A stretch of 64,000 nt of DNA from Desulfobacterales bacterium. GTDB lineage: Bacteria > Desulfobacterota > Desulfobacteria > Desulfobacterales > UBA2174. This document shows positions 39,697-49,327 of the stretch, in pieces (the stretch's first letter is position 1; each line of letters begins with the position of its first letter). A program made the translations under genes and the position numbers. The stretch covers positions 64,001 through 128,000 of the forward strand of contig CAXXWC010000006.1 of NCBI GenBank assembly GCA_963668645.2, given 5' to 3'. The notes under the pieces were generated by a model, which saw only the letters and a list, made by a program, of their open reading frames with translations, searched no databases and was not told the DNA's origin.

Positions 39697-40339
39697 CGAC
39701 AGCCCCGTTTCCGTCGACGTGTCTGTTACTTTTTTTGCCTCTGTTCTGGTGCTGTTTGTATTCGTCACTTTTGCTCTCAACCCAATAGCACCCAGAATAG
39801 AGAGGGTATCTACTGGACAAACTGTCGAAACCGCCACGGCAATCCCTCCTAGCTGGAGCCCAATTCCTGAGCGCACTAGTTATGCCTTTATAGACGGACG
39901 GGAACTGCAAGTGTTAAATCTGGACCATTTTAGTGACGCTATGGTATCACCAGAAAAGCTGGTAAGCAGTGATGCACACTTTGAAAATATTACCATATTG
40001 TCGGATCAAAATGCGCCAGAGGCGTTTTCTATTATTGTTGGCACCATAGGGGGCAAACTCCCGATGCAATGGGTGCGTGCTTGCATTCCCGCGGTGCGGT
40101 CTGAAGATGCCAGTTGCCCTATCGACGAGAAGACCAGGACCGCTTTTCGGCAAAATTTGTTGAGTGTGCTGGTGATGCAATCGGAAAAGGTCGATCTGCC
40201 GGAACTAGTTGCATTTCTTGACGCATGTGGCTTCCGGTATCGTCTGATCCCGCTTTACGCCGTTAGCGCCACAGGCCGGGTTAACATTCCAATCTCGTTA
40301 CAACCAAGTAGCTTTCATTTCGAGACGATATTCAGGTAG
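39689..40339 (+). CDS. ExbD/TolR-like single-pass protein 2
   Basis: PVSVDVSVTFFASVLVLFVFV: Asp at the start of a single TM, then a periplasmic domain. Confidence 0.5.
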   Translation: MNDDSPVSVDVSVTFFASVLVLFVFVTFALNPIAPRIERVSTGQTVETATAIPPSWSPIPERTSYAFIDGRELQVLNLDHFSDAMVSPEKLVSSDAHFENITILSDQNAPEAFSIIVGTIGGKLPMQWVRACIPAVRSEDASCPIDEKTRTAFRQNLLSVLVMQSEKVDLPELVAFLDACGFRYRLIPLYAVSATGRVNIPISLQPSSFHFETIFR

Positions 40340-40344
40340 AAAAA

Positions 40345-41313
40345 ATGCTTAAATGTGTGGCAATTCTGTTTTTATCAGTGTCCATACTGCCTTTGCCGTC
40401 TGGCGCTGCGCCCGGTGATAGTCATTGGCGACAACAGGGGCTGCGCATCACTCGGCATATTGAACCAGACAAGACTTTGATTGATGCAAAGCGGGCCAAC
40501 GCTCAACAGGAACGCGGCTGTGTGCCTGATCGAACCGTTCGGTTTGGATACTCAGCGTTCATGCGGCAGATAGCTCCGCAGTTGCAGTGGAGCTTAGAAC
40601 AGCGGCAAGCCTTAGCTTCAGCAGCGTTCCTTGATGACCGCGATGCGGCGCTACGACGAATTGAAGCACTACTGGCTGATGAAACATTGGATGCTGACCG
40701 GCGGGCAGCGATCGAGAACCAGTTGCTACTTACGAGCCTTATGTTCAAAGACACGCAACACTTTATTCACACTCTTAACCAAGTCCGCTCAGCCGAGCGA
40801 GTATCACCTGCCATTCGTGCCGATAGGCTCTTTTTGCTCGCTTATGAACTTTCACAACGTGCTCATGATAGTAAAGATTGGCAACAGGCCGAACAATTAC
40901 TGGTGACAGCCCAGCGCCTGGACCCAAGCTTTTTTTCTATACGCGTACAGCGCGTCGCAAATTGGCTGCTGGCACATCGCGGCATTGTAAAGAATAGCGA
41001 CTGTGCAAAGATGGTGCGTGAGTTGACCGACTTGGTGCTTGATCTTTCTGATGCAGCTCCTTGTGCTCAATTGACAGGTAATGTGTCACACTATTTCAGC
41101 CGAGTGCTCCAGGATGAATCTGTTAATCGGACTGGGCAACCAGTCGTTACTCCCACCCTTGGGGGGCAGTGGCGGTTGTTGCAAACAGCAACCCTCGCCC
41201 ACGTCACCCGTCAGGACAAGGTCAAAAAAGCGGCTATACAAGCGCTGGAAAATGCCCCTAATAGTCCTTGTGCGGGAGTGATCCGCAACGCTATCGCAGA
41301 GCTTGATCGATGA
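40345..41313 (+). CDS. Secreted helical-repeat (TPR-like) protein
   Basis: Signal peptide; AEQLLVTAQRLDPSF TPR-like turn; Ala/Leu-rich helices. Confidence 0.6.
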   Translation: MLKCVAILFLSVSILPLPSGAAPGDSHWRQQGLRITRHIEPDKTLIDAKRANAQQERGCVPDRTVRFGYSAFMRQIAPQLQWSLEQRQALASAAFLDDRDAALRRIEALLADETLDADRRAAIENQLLLTSLMFKDTQHFIHTLNQVRSAERVSPAIRADRLFLLAYELSQRAHDSKDWQQAEQLLVTAQRLDPSFFSIRVQRVANWLLAHRGIVKNSDCAKMVRELTDLVLDLSDAAPCAQLTGNVSHYFSRVLQDESVNRTGQPVVTPTLGGQWRLLQTATLAHVTRQDKVKKAAIQALENAPNSPCAGVIRNAIAELDR

Positions 41314-41756
41314 ACGCCGCTGGATACGTGCTAGGTGCAATTGGTGTTTCACTGCTGCTCAGCCCCACTGGAACCGGGCTACGGCTGTTGCTCGGGAGTG
41401 GTCTGAGGGGATTAGTATGGGTCGCGGTGTGGTGGCCTATGGTAGGAATTGCGGTGAATATCTTGAACCGTTACGCCCCTGCACATATCCACGGTTCGCT
41501 GGAGCAGATAGTCAACCCCCTGCTGGCAATGCTCTCCTGGTTGGTTGCCTATCCACTATGCCTGCTGCTACGCCTTTCCCTTCGGCTGGATGAGGGGCTT
41601 ATCCGAATTGTCATTAGTATTACGGGAACGTTGACTTTTTGGAGGGTGGTTATATACGACACAGTGGCTGAAAGTAAGACCACATTTGATGTGGCCATGG
41701 TTTTTTTGACCTTCACGTTGAGCTTGTTGCTCATGGTACGAACCAAAAGTTATTGA
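41310..41756 (+). CDS. Small polytopic membrane protein
   Basis: 148 aa, 4-5 hydrophobic segments, ATGA-coupled. Confidence 0.6.
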   Translation: MNAAGYVLGAIGVSLLLSPTGTGLRLLLGSGLRGLVWVAVWWPMVGIAVNILNRYAPAHIHGSLEQIVNPLLAMLSWLVAYPLCLLLRLSLRLDEGLIRIVISITGTLTFWRVVIYDTVAESKTTFDVAMVFLTFTLSLLLMVRTKSY

Positions 41757-41877
41757 ACTAACCCACTTCGCAGTAGTGTCGGAGTCTGTGCCAATGTGAG
41801 TGAGACACCTACCCCTTGAGAAATTAGTGTAGGGCGGGTAGGACGATCACCAATGAATCCATTGTATACGCTTAACC

Positions 41878-43719
41878 CTATGGCCACACAATTTGGTTGG
41901 ATTTTGCCCCGGATAAAGCCGCAGAAGCGCGCTGTGAGATTCGAACGGGAAGATCCGGTATTTTTGTCAGTGCTTTAAAACCAGGCAGAATGCGATCGGC
42001 ATCCGCGGCCGGTATCAGCTCCTCGGAAGCCGAGGTTCGATCCAAATCAGCAAACAGGGCTTCGATATTGGGCCGGCCGTCGAGCAGGATTTTCATGTAG
42101 TCGGGGTTGGACAGATTTTTCACCAACGGGGTATCGGCCAGCATGGTTTGCAACGCGCGGTGCATGCGATTATCGCCGGTACGGCGGCGATGATCCCGGC
42201 GCAAGCTGCGAAAGAACTGTTCCAGGATGTTGTTGGTCCGCTGGGGATAAACCACCTGCGGCCCCGAAGGGGTCTGCACGTCAATCGGGTCGGCAAACAG
42301 TTTGTCGTGATACTTGTCGATCTGTTCGGCCAGTTTGCGGCACAGCGGATCGGCTGCCAGCTTTGCTTCGGCATCGAGACGGTGACGGAATTGGCCAACG
42401 CTCTGGCGGATACTTTCCATCGCGGGTGCGGCACCATCATCGTTGAGGCCGTCTCGGCCTCCGGAAGGTGCGATGCGCATGGCTTGGCGAAGCTGATCAA
42501 AGAGCCGGCAACGCCAGCGTAACGAGTCGAGGCTTTTTTCGAAGACCGGATCGGCGACGACATCCATCACCTTTCGTGCCAGGTGGACAAACAAGCGGCT
42601 GCCGGCCACGTTGTCGCCGGGAAGTGTCTGTAGCAGGCGCGGCAGGCAATCGAGCAGGATCATAAGCCGTTCGGCCAGTACCAGCAAGGGGCGATCGAAA
42701 GGAAAGCCGTAGCCATCGCCGCAGTGTTTGGCCTGCAAGCTCCACAGCGATAGTGCATAGACCGCCGCAGGGGTCGTGAGACTCAAATCGGCAGCCGTTT
42801 GGGTGCCCGCCAGATACATCGCCAGGGCGTTCGGCTCGGCCAGTAACCGACGGGCGTGGCGGGCCAACGCACGGAACCGGGTGCTGAACGCATGGCGACG
42901 CAGGCAGCCACGAAGCTCGCGGTAGGCCGGCTCGATCAGGTCTTTGCCCGCATCGCGCAAGAAATGAAAGTGGCAGACAAAGTCTTTGCTTGTGGGGAAC
43001 ACGGCCCCGACCGCCTTGCAGATGCCTGTGCCCATGTCATGCACACAGGCGATCGGATCGCCATAGTCGTCTTTGATCTTTTCCAAAAACGGGATGATCT
43101 GAGCGGCGTGTTCACTGGGCACCTTGACATTGGCCAACACCAGGCGGCTCAGAGCGTCGATGCCTGACATCAGAGCGGGCGCATCTTCTTGATGCACGGC
43201 ATCCAGATGCAGGATATAGCCGCCGCTTCTGGCCATGGCCTGCTTGATGCGCGGGGTGGCGCGCCGATGGGCCAGAGCCAGCAAGAGGATAAACTTGCGG
43301 CCGAGTTTGGTGATTTGAGAATCGGACAGCACCACATCGCGGGCCAGCAGCTCGTTGCGAACCTGCCCGACACTGTGGCAGTCCTCGAACAGGCGACGGC
43401 CGACAAAGACCAGCACGTCCCAAGCGGTATTGCAACGATGCGCCACCCGCTGACGCAGGGCCGGATCTTCCCAGACACGGCCACAACGGGTACAGCGTTG
43501 CACGGTCCGGCGGGCGATATAGGTGACCGAAAGACTGACCACGCGCTTGGTTTGTGTCTTTTGGACTTTCAAGGCACCGCCGCAGGAGCACTGCCGGTGC
43601 GGGTAGCGAAAATCGACCACCGGCGGCTGCGCGAACAACGCCGACGGGCGCACCTCCTGGTGCAGTTGTTCGTTGAGGCGGCTCAGGAGGCCGATGGCCG
43701 CAACGGCAGCATTTTTTTT
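41878..43719 (-). CDS. DDE transposase (OrfB) with Zn ribbon; start probably supplied by frameshift
   Basis: CSCGG...CTRC Zn motif; ILHLDAVH (D), CVHDMGTGI (D), VCHFHFLRD (CxxH), RTNNILEQFFR (E); stop codon lies inside the TIR. Confidence 0.8.
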   Translation of the reverse strand, partial: KKNAAVAAIGLLSRLNEQLHQEVRPSALFAQPPVVDFRYPHRQCSCGGALKVQKTQTKRVVSLSVTYIARRTVQRCTRCGRVWEDPALRQRVAHRCNTAWDVLVFVGRRLFEDCHSVGQVRNELLARDVVLSDSQITKLGRKFILLLALAHRRATPRIKQAMARSGGYILHLDAVHQEDAPALMSGIDALSRLVLANVKVPSEHAAQIIPFLEKIKDDYGDPIACVHDMGTGICKAVGAVFPTSKDFVCHFHFLRDAGKDLIEPAYRELRGCLRRHAFSTRFRALARHARRLLAEPNALAMYLAGTQTAADLSLTTPAAVYALSLWSLQAKHCGDGYGFPFDRPLLVLAERLMILLDCLPRLLQTLPGDNVAGSRLFVHLARKVMDVVADPVFEKSLDSLRWRCRLFDQLRQAMRIAPSGGRDGLNDDGAAPAMESIRQSVGQFRHRLDAEAKLAADPLCRKLAEQIDKYHDKLFADPIDVQTPSGPQVVYPQRTNNILEQFFRSLRRDHRRRTGDNRMHRALQTMLADTPLVKNLSNPDYMKILLDGRPNIEALFADLDRTSASEELIPAADADRILPGFKALTKIPDLPVRISQRASAALSGAKSNQIVWP

Positions 43720-44342
43720 AAACCGTGCTGCGCAAACAGCGCCCGGATCTGGTCGGCCTTGATGCGCACGGCGGCCCGGGCCGACACCCGGCGGGCCAAC
43801 TCGGCCGGCTCGGCTGACGGCTTGCGGATGAATTCGGCCAGCACCATCACTGCAATCTCGGCTGGCAGCACCGCCGCCACGGGCGCTTCCAGGACACGAC
43901 GTTGCGCCTCGGCGGTCCTGGCATTGCTGGCCAGGTAAACGTTCGCGCGTCCCTGGCGCTGGCGCTGGACAAGACCGCGGCGGTACAACCCGACCAGAAC
44001 CGAATGACAACGGCAGCGCAACTTTTGGCCGAGCGCTTCGGCGCTCATCCCTGCCAGACTGGCATCGATCAGGGCCACCAGCGTACGGGTCAGACTGCCG
44101 GCCCGGGAAAAGCCGATGTCGTGGTAAAACCACAGTCCTTCGCGCGAAAAGCGAGGAATCGAACGCAGGGTATACCATCGTCCGTTGTGCGTAAAACTGC
44201 TGTAGTAGCCGTTCTGGGCCAGAAATCGCCGGGTTGATGGAATCGAGTAGTCCATCTGTTGGCTCAGCGGCCCGATCATCCAGCATGGATGCTGCTTGAA
44301 CAGGACCGCGAGACGCTGGGAAACCTCGGTCGAACCATCCAT
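43683..44342 (-). CDS. IS OrfA, probable multi-HTH DNA-binding protein
   Basis: 219 aa; GYYSSFTHNGRWYTL, wHTH-like segments; ends just after an A8 run overlapping OrfB in the -1 frame. Confidence 0.7.
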   Translation of the reverse strand: MDGSTEVSQRLAVLFKQHPCWMIGPLSQQMDYSIPSTRRFLAQNGYYSSFTHNGRWYTLRSIPRFSREGLWFYHDIGFSRAGSLTRTLVALIDASLAGMSAEALGQKLRCRCHSVLVGLYRRGLVQRQRQGRANVYLASNARTAEAQRRVLEAPVAAVLPAEIAVMVLAEFIRKPSAEPAELARRVSARAAVRIKADQIRALFAQHGLKKMLPLRPSAS

Positions 44343-44731
44343 ATCGCCCTCCCGATAAAGTATTGCAGGTTATCGCCGCAACCGGGCATATATGCAATAC
44401 ATTATCAAGAAATGGACGATTTGACAAGAACGAAAAAGAGGATAGCCATCTATCGTAAATGACAATCATTACATGTGTTTTCTATGAGTTAGACGCAAAG
44501 CCGACACCCCGGAAAACGAAAGCACAGGCTCCTTGAGAATCGCAAAATATGATCAAGTATGGCAAAAATAATCGGATAACATACTGATTTTACAGAATCC
44601 AACCGTTTTGTGGTTCCATAGGCTTAACCCTTTAACGGATCTTCCCTCTTCGTAGCTTCGCCTTTGATCTTCCTTTAAAGTAGTGGACACCCCGAAAAGC
44701 CCAATGTATACGGGCGCCAGGAGGTGTTCCA

Positions 44732-45031
44732 ATGGCACAGAAAAAGAGAAAGAACTACTCACGAGAATTCAAGGTCGAGGCTGTGAACCTGATTACCCAA
44801 AAGGGATACAGCATTGCTGAGGCCTCGCGGAATCTCGGTATAGAATACAGCGTGTTACGACGCTGGAAGTCAGAACTGGCTAAAGAACCCCTGCACGCTT
44901 TTCCTGGTAAAGGAAAGCTTGCCGCTCCGGACGAGGAAATGCGTAACCTCCGCCGTGAGCTGGATCGCGTCAAACAGGAGCGTGACATCCTAAAAAAAGC
45001 GCTGGCCTACTTTGCGGAGGATCAGAAATGA
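44732..45031 (+). CDS. IS3 transposase OrfA
   Basis: RKNYSREFKVEAV, HTH, ERDILKKALAYF. Confidence 0.92.
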   Translation: MAQKKRKNYSREFKVEAVNLITQKGYSIAEASRNLGIEYSVLRRWKSELAKEPLHAFPGKGKLAAPDEEMRNLRRELDRVKQERDILKKALAYFAEDQK

Positions 45032-45891
45032 AATTTCGATTCATCTCTGAACACGTGGAGACGTTCACTGTAGGCCGCATGTGCAAGTTGCTAAACGTCT
45101 CCCGATCCGGCTTCTATGCCTGGAAAAAGCGTCCAGAGAGCCGCCGGAGCCGTGAAAACCGGGTTCTGGAGAATCGAATCCGACTCTCACATGCAAACAG
45201 TCACGGTATCTACGGAGCGCCGCGGATCCACCAGGATCTGAACGATGACGGCGTACGTTGCGAGAAAAACCGTGTCGCCCGTATCATGCGAAATGCCGGT
45301 ATCCGATCTCGGACGAGAAAGAAGTTCAAGGCAACGACGAACTCTCGGCATAATCTACCAGTTGCACAGAATTTACTTGACCGGGACTTCAACGCAAAGG
45401 CTCCCGACACCGCATGGGTCGGCGACATAACCTACATCTGGACCGACGAGGGCTGGCTGTACCTGGCCGTGCTGTTGGATTTGTACAACCGCGAAGTCGT
45501 CGGTTGGTCCGCTGCTATCCGAATGACACGGCAACTGGCCATTGATGCCCTGGAAATGGCTCTTGGTAAGCGGCAGCCGGAACAAGGGCTGCTACATCAT
45601 ACGGACCGCGGTAGCCAGTACGCTTCGGCCGATTATCAAAAGATTCTCAAAGAGCGTGGCATGGTCTGCAGCATGAGCCGTAAAGGCAACTGCCATGACA
45701 ATGCCGTGGCGGAAAGCTTCTTTGGCCGCCTTAAGATGGAATGGGTCAACCACGAACGGTACCACAGCCGGTCGGAAGCGATCCAAAGCCTATTTTATTA
45801 CATAGAGGTCTTCTACAACCGAAAAAGACGCCACTTATCGATTGATTACGCAATCCCGCAAGAATATGAGGGTTTCCTACTTGCGGCTTAA
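45028..45891 (+). CDS. IS3 transposase OrfB (rve integrase core)
   Basis: WVGDITYI, WLYLAVLLDL, HHTDRGSQY, SRKGNCHDNAVAESFF, YNRKRRH. Confidence 0.95.
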   Translation: MKFRFISEHVETFTVGRMCKLLNVSRSGFYAWKKRPESRRSRENRVLENRIRLSHANSHGIYGAPRIHQDLNDDGVRCEKNRVARIMRNAGIRSRTRKKFKATTNSRHNLPVAQNLLDRDFNAKAPDTAWVGDITYIWTDEGWLYLAVLLDLYNREVVGWSAAIRMTRQLAIDALEMALGKRQPEQGLLHHTDRGSQYASADYQKILKERGMVCSMSRKGNCHDNAVAESFFGRLKMEWVNHERYHSRSEAIQSLFYYIEVFYNRKRRHLSIDYAIPQEYEGFLLAA

Positions 45892-46147
45892 CCTCGTGTC
45901 CACTTTTTCGGGGCAAGATCAATGAAAGGCAAAAGGAATGGCGTACGAAAGGCAAATCGGACTTTTTCTTGGGTTTGGGATTTGTAGGCAAAAAGCGCCC
46001 CCAAAATCTGACTATCCACAACCCTGCACCCCATAAAAACAATCGGCTATAAAAATTTGAGGCATTTTTCGAGCCCAACTACTGTTGGCACACGAATTAG
46101 TGATTTAAACTCTGACATGAAATATTTCAAACGCTATGTGAGTAAGC

Positions 46148-46489
46148 ATGTACCTGCGGACCACAAAGCGCACCAACAAGGACGGCTCAACGGTCGAGTA
46201 CTTCCAACTCGCCCACAACGAGCGCGATCCCAAAACCCGCAAGCCGGTCGCCAAAATTATCCACAACTTCGGCCGTACCGATCAGCTCGATCGCGCTCAG
46301 CTCGTGCGCCTGTGCCGGTCCATTGCACGGGTCTGCGGCCTGACCGTTACCGACCCGCTCGAAAATGACCAGGCATTTTCGGCACTGGCGGACAGCCTCA
46401 AAATTCAAGAAACCCTCGCCTTCGGCTGCCCGCTGGTTATCTTGACGCTCATCGCTTCCACTACGGCAGGAGCCCCCGGAACGACCTGA
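46148..46489 (+). pseudogene. IS1634-like transposase, N-terminal remnant
   Basis: MYLRTTKRTNKDGSTVEYFQLAHNERDP...IIHNFGR; stops at 113 aa. Confidence 0.7.
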
Positions 46490-46556
46490 AACAATCCTTT
46501 ATGAAGGGCGATAAATGGCTTGAATTCTCCTTTTCATAAGGATAATATTTCAGGCC

Positions 46557-48020
46557 ATGAACTCGACCTCCATCAGTCGTTACCAGGCAATCCTGGACGA
46601 AAAGCTCGGCGAGTCGCTGGCTGCGCCTATTCCGGCCGGCATCGCCCGCCGTGTGTTCGGAGCCACTACCCTGCCGGACAAGGTCACGGCGGTGGTCGGT
46701 ATGCGCCGCGCCGGCAAGACCATGTTCGTGCATCAGATGCGCGGCGAACGGCTCGCCGCCGGAACACCACGCGAATGCCTGCCGTATATCAATTTCGAGG
46801 ATGAACGGCTCGCCGGGATGACGGCTGAGGATCTTCATCCGATGCTGGAGGCGTATTATCGGCGTTTCCCACAGTTTCGTGGAAGACAGCGCGTCACCCT
46901 GGCGCTGGATGAAATTCAGGTCGTACCCGGATGGGAGCGCTTCGTCCGCCGTGTCCTCGACAGCGAAAAGGTAGAAATCTTCGTGACCGGATCGTCGGCC
47001 GCCCTGCTTTCCCGTGAAATCGCCACTGCCTTGCGTGGGCGCGCCTGGGAGGTGCTGATCCACCCTTTCAGCTTCGAGGAAGCCTTGCACAGCCGCGGCG
47101 AGGGGACAGCAGAGGTGCCGCCGGCAACGGATGCTCAGACCCGCTCGACCCTGGAACGCGCCCTTGTCGATTATCTGACCGTGGGAGGATTCCCCGAGGT
47201 GCAGGGATTTGACCAGGCCACCCGTTACCGCGTGTTGCAAGATTACGTGGACGTGGCCATTTTGCGCGACGTCGTCGAACGCCATGCCGTGAGCAACGTG
47301 GCCGGTCTACGATGGCTGGTGCGCCACCTGTTGGGCAATGCGGCCGGACTGTTCAGTGTGGAGAAGTTCTACGCGGCGCTCAAATCGCAGGGTTTGGCCA
47401 TCTCCAAGGACACGGTGCATCAGTTCACCTTGTATTTGCAGGACTGTTTCCTGGTCCGCACCATCTGGCTGGCCGCCGAATCGGAACGCCGGCGCATGGT
47501 CAACCCGCGCAAAGCCTACCCGATCGACCCCGGCCTGATTCCGGTATTTGATCGCTCGGGCCGGGCCAACATCGGTCATGCGCTGGAAACCGCCGTGCTG
47601 CTGGAATTGGAGCGCCGCCGCGCCGAGGTCTCCTATGTCAAGACCACCAGCGGGCTGGAGGTCGATTTTCTGGCCCGTTATCCGTCCGGTAAGACGGAGT
47701 TGATTCAGGTCTGTGCAAACACCGGTGCGCCACAAACGGCAGAACGCGAGGCGCGTTCGCTCATCGAGGCGGGACCGTCGTTTCCCGAAGCACGCAAACT
47801 GCTGCTGACGCTTACTGCTGATGGACTGCCTCGCCGCCTTCCGGCCGATGTCGATGCAATCCCCGCATACATCTGGTTGATAGAGCACATCCAGTCAGGC
47901 AACTCGGCGTTTCGACCTCGGCGGTCTGCAAAATCGTCAAAGCGGACGAAGATGACGACGGCAAGCACATCAACTGACGATGTCAGAAATGAAGCGGGCC
48001 ATCCGGCAATTTCAAAGTAA
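46557..48020 (+). CDS. AAA_14 ATPase with DUF4143
   Basis: GMRRAGKT, INFEDERL, LDEIQ, VTGSSA, LRGR, GGFPE, NPRKAYPIDPG, ALETAV, EVDF, IQVC; 3' tail overlaps the next gene. Confidence 0.88.
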   Translation: MNSTSISRYQAILDEKLGESLAAPIPAGIARRVFGATTLPDKVTAVVGMRRAGKTMFVHQMRGERLAAGTPRECLPYINFEDERLAGMTAEDLHPMLEAYYRRFPQFRGRQRVTLALDEIQVVPGWERFVRRVLDSEKVEIFVTGSSAALLSREIATALRGRAWEVLIHPFSFEEALHSRGEGTAEVPPATDAQTRSTLERALVDYLTVGGFPEVQGFDQATRYRVLQDYVDVAILRDVVERHAVSNVAGLRWLVRHLLGNAAGLFSVEKFYAALKSQGLAISKDTVHQFTLYLQDCFLVRTIWLAAESERRRMVNPRKAYPIDPGLIPVFDRSGRANIGHALETAVLLELERRRAEVSYVKTTSGLEVDFLARYPSGKTELIQVCANTGAPQTAEREARSLIEAGPSFPEARKLLLTLTADGLPRRLPADVDAIPAYIWLIEHIQSGNSAFRPRRSAKSSKRTKMTTASTSTDDVRNEAGHPAISK

Positions 48021-48450
48021 GGTTGATGATTTCATTCATACTCTGGAGCGGCGAAATCGTCGGGCATAAAATCTCTTTAACGCCTCTTTGAAATTCTTTT
48101 TTATCTATCGGTTTATGCGTGCCCAACACGATTTTTAAACCGGGATAGGCCTGGTTGATCACCTTCTGATACTTTTCGATGAACGGACACAACGCGGTGA
48201 TGCAATAAGAAAAATGAAGGGCATCGAGCCTAAATTCAGCCAACGCACGCACCCTTCGCAGTATTTTTTCGGGCGCCATGACCGTTGGGCATCCGGCGCA
48301 GCTAATAATACCGACCAGATCAAGGGGCTCGTTCTTTGAATATCGCTCGAAAAACCCTCTCCTTTTTCTCATATCTGCCAAACAGACCACCGAAGCACAG
48401 TTGGTTTCCTGCATGCAGTTTGAACAAGTGAGAATTCCGATACGTGCCAT
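47983..48450 (-). CDS. CGGC-domain metal-binding protein
   Basis: IGILTC, CASVVC, LVGIISCAGCP, LHFSYC..CP, GTH. Confidence 0.8.
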   Translation of the reverse strand: MARIGILTCSNCMQETNCASVVCLADMRKRRGFFERYSKNEPLDLVGIISCAGCPTVMAPEKILRRVRALAEFRLDALHFSYCITALCPFIEKYQKVINQAYPGLKIVLGTHKPIDKKEFQRGVKEILCPTISPLQSMNEIINLTLKLPDGPLHF

Positions 48451-48485
48451 TCCCCCCCCAGTCAGCTTTCGGCAGATTCAGCGAC

Positions 48486-48932
48486 TTATCGATTCCATGA
48501 TTGGATTTCAATGATGTTTCCTTCAGGGTCCCTGAAATAGACGAATTTCAACTCGCCGACGCCATCTACCGATTTTTCAGTGACTTTGCCCAATGGCTGG
48601 CCGCCATTTTCAATGGCCTCTTCCAACGTCTGGTCAACATCGGATACCTCGAATGCAATGTGGGTTATCCCTTTGCAGTTTGCCATGATGGAGCTGCACT
48701 CGTTCATTTTACGGTAGGTGAAAATTTCAAGCGTTGGCCCGTTATCGCCATGGCCCGGAAGCAGCAAATGGACCCCTTCCAGACTTGCTTCCTCCAAGCC
48801 GGTGGCCTGATCCAGCCACGCCCCTGAAAGCTTTCGCTGCGGCGGTTTGATCTTACAGTGAAACACCTTGATATAAAAATCCGACAATACCTTCCAGTCC
48901 TTGGCAGCGATATTGGTATGAACGAAGCGCAT
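48486..48932 (-). CDS. VOC/glyoxalase family protein
   Basis: MRFVHTNI, LEIF, GITHIAFEV, YFRDPEGNIIEI. Confidence 0.85.
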   Translation of the reverse strand: MRFVHTNIAAKDWKVLSDFYIKVFHCKIKPPQRKLSGAWLDQATGLEEASLEGVHLLLPGHGDNGPTLEIFTYRKMNECSSIMANCKGITHIAFEVSDVDQTLEEAIENGGQPLGKVTEKSVDGVGELKFVYFRDPEGNIIEIQSWNR

Positions 48933-49185
48933 TGTTTTCTCCTTTTCCCGGGGGATAAAATGATCGAACGCCACTCTAGTCGATCAAGGCCATTCGTGTC
49001 AAGAATCGAACCCTGCCCACCGGACTATGCCACCCACCTGAAATACGACGTTTTTTCAATCAGGCCATCCGTATCATAGAGGTTTCGCCATCTCTTGTTC
49101 ATCGTGCAGGGGGGGATGACGAACCGCTTATCGGTCGTGCCGGTAACCGGCTGCATCACAGATCCTGGGAAATTTCCCTTAACTG

Positions 49186-49327
49186 GTGTCCGTTCATAAC
49201 TGTTGATTTTTGGTTCCTGGCAAAGCCCGAGCGAGTTTCCAACCGGAGCAATAGCCCGCTATTTCGAGGATGGGAAACGAGCCAGAACGCCGCCGTAGGC
49301 CGAAAGGTGCCGTTTATGGATGGACAC
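49186..49327. mobile_element. 142-bp MITE, copy 2
   Basis: Same TIRs and body as 14102-14243; 6-bp direct repeat TAACTG on both sides. Confidence 0.9.

Larger units (their letters stand above)
41878..44621 (-). mobile_element. Complete 2744-bp insertion sequence, family unassigned
   Basis: 29-bp imperfect TIRs starting CTATGG (22/29 match by eye); 8-bp TSD GCTTAACC at 41870-41877 and 44622-44629; two ORFs. Confidence 0.85.
44665..45921 (+). mobile_element. IS3-family element
   Basis: TG...CA ends, 26-bp imperfect TIRs (TGATCTT...AGTGGACAC), orfA/orfB, A7G slippery site at 44992-44999; no TSD visible. Confidence 0.92.

Noticed and set aside
38672..40339. Zorya (ZorAB) defence system
   Set aside because: The channel lacks ZorA's long cytoplasmic tail, the partners show no OmpA-like motif, and no ZorC/D/E-like helicase or nuclease is present.
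41878..44469. 863-aa ORF as a single transposase starting at 44469
   Set aside because: Its first ~250 codons overlap the better-looking OrfA in another frame and read as low-complexity; the transposase-like sequence begins near the A8 run.
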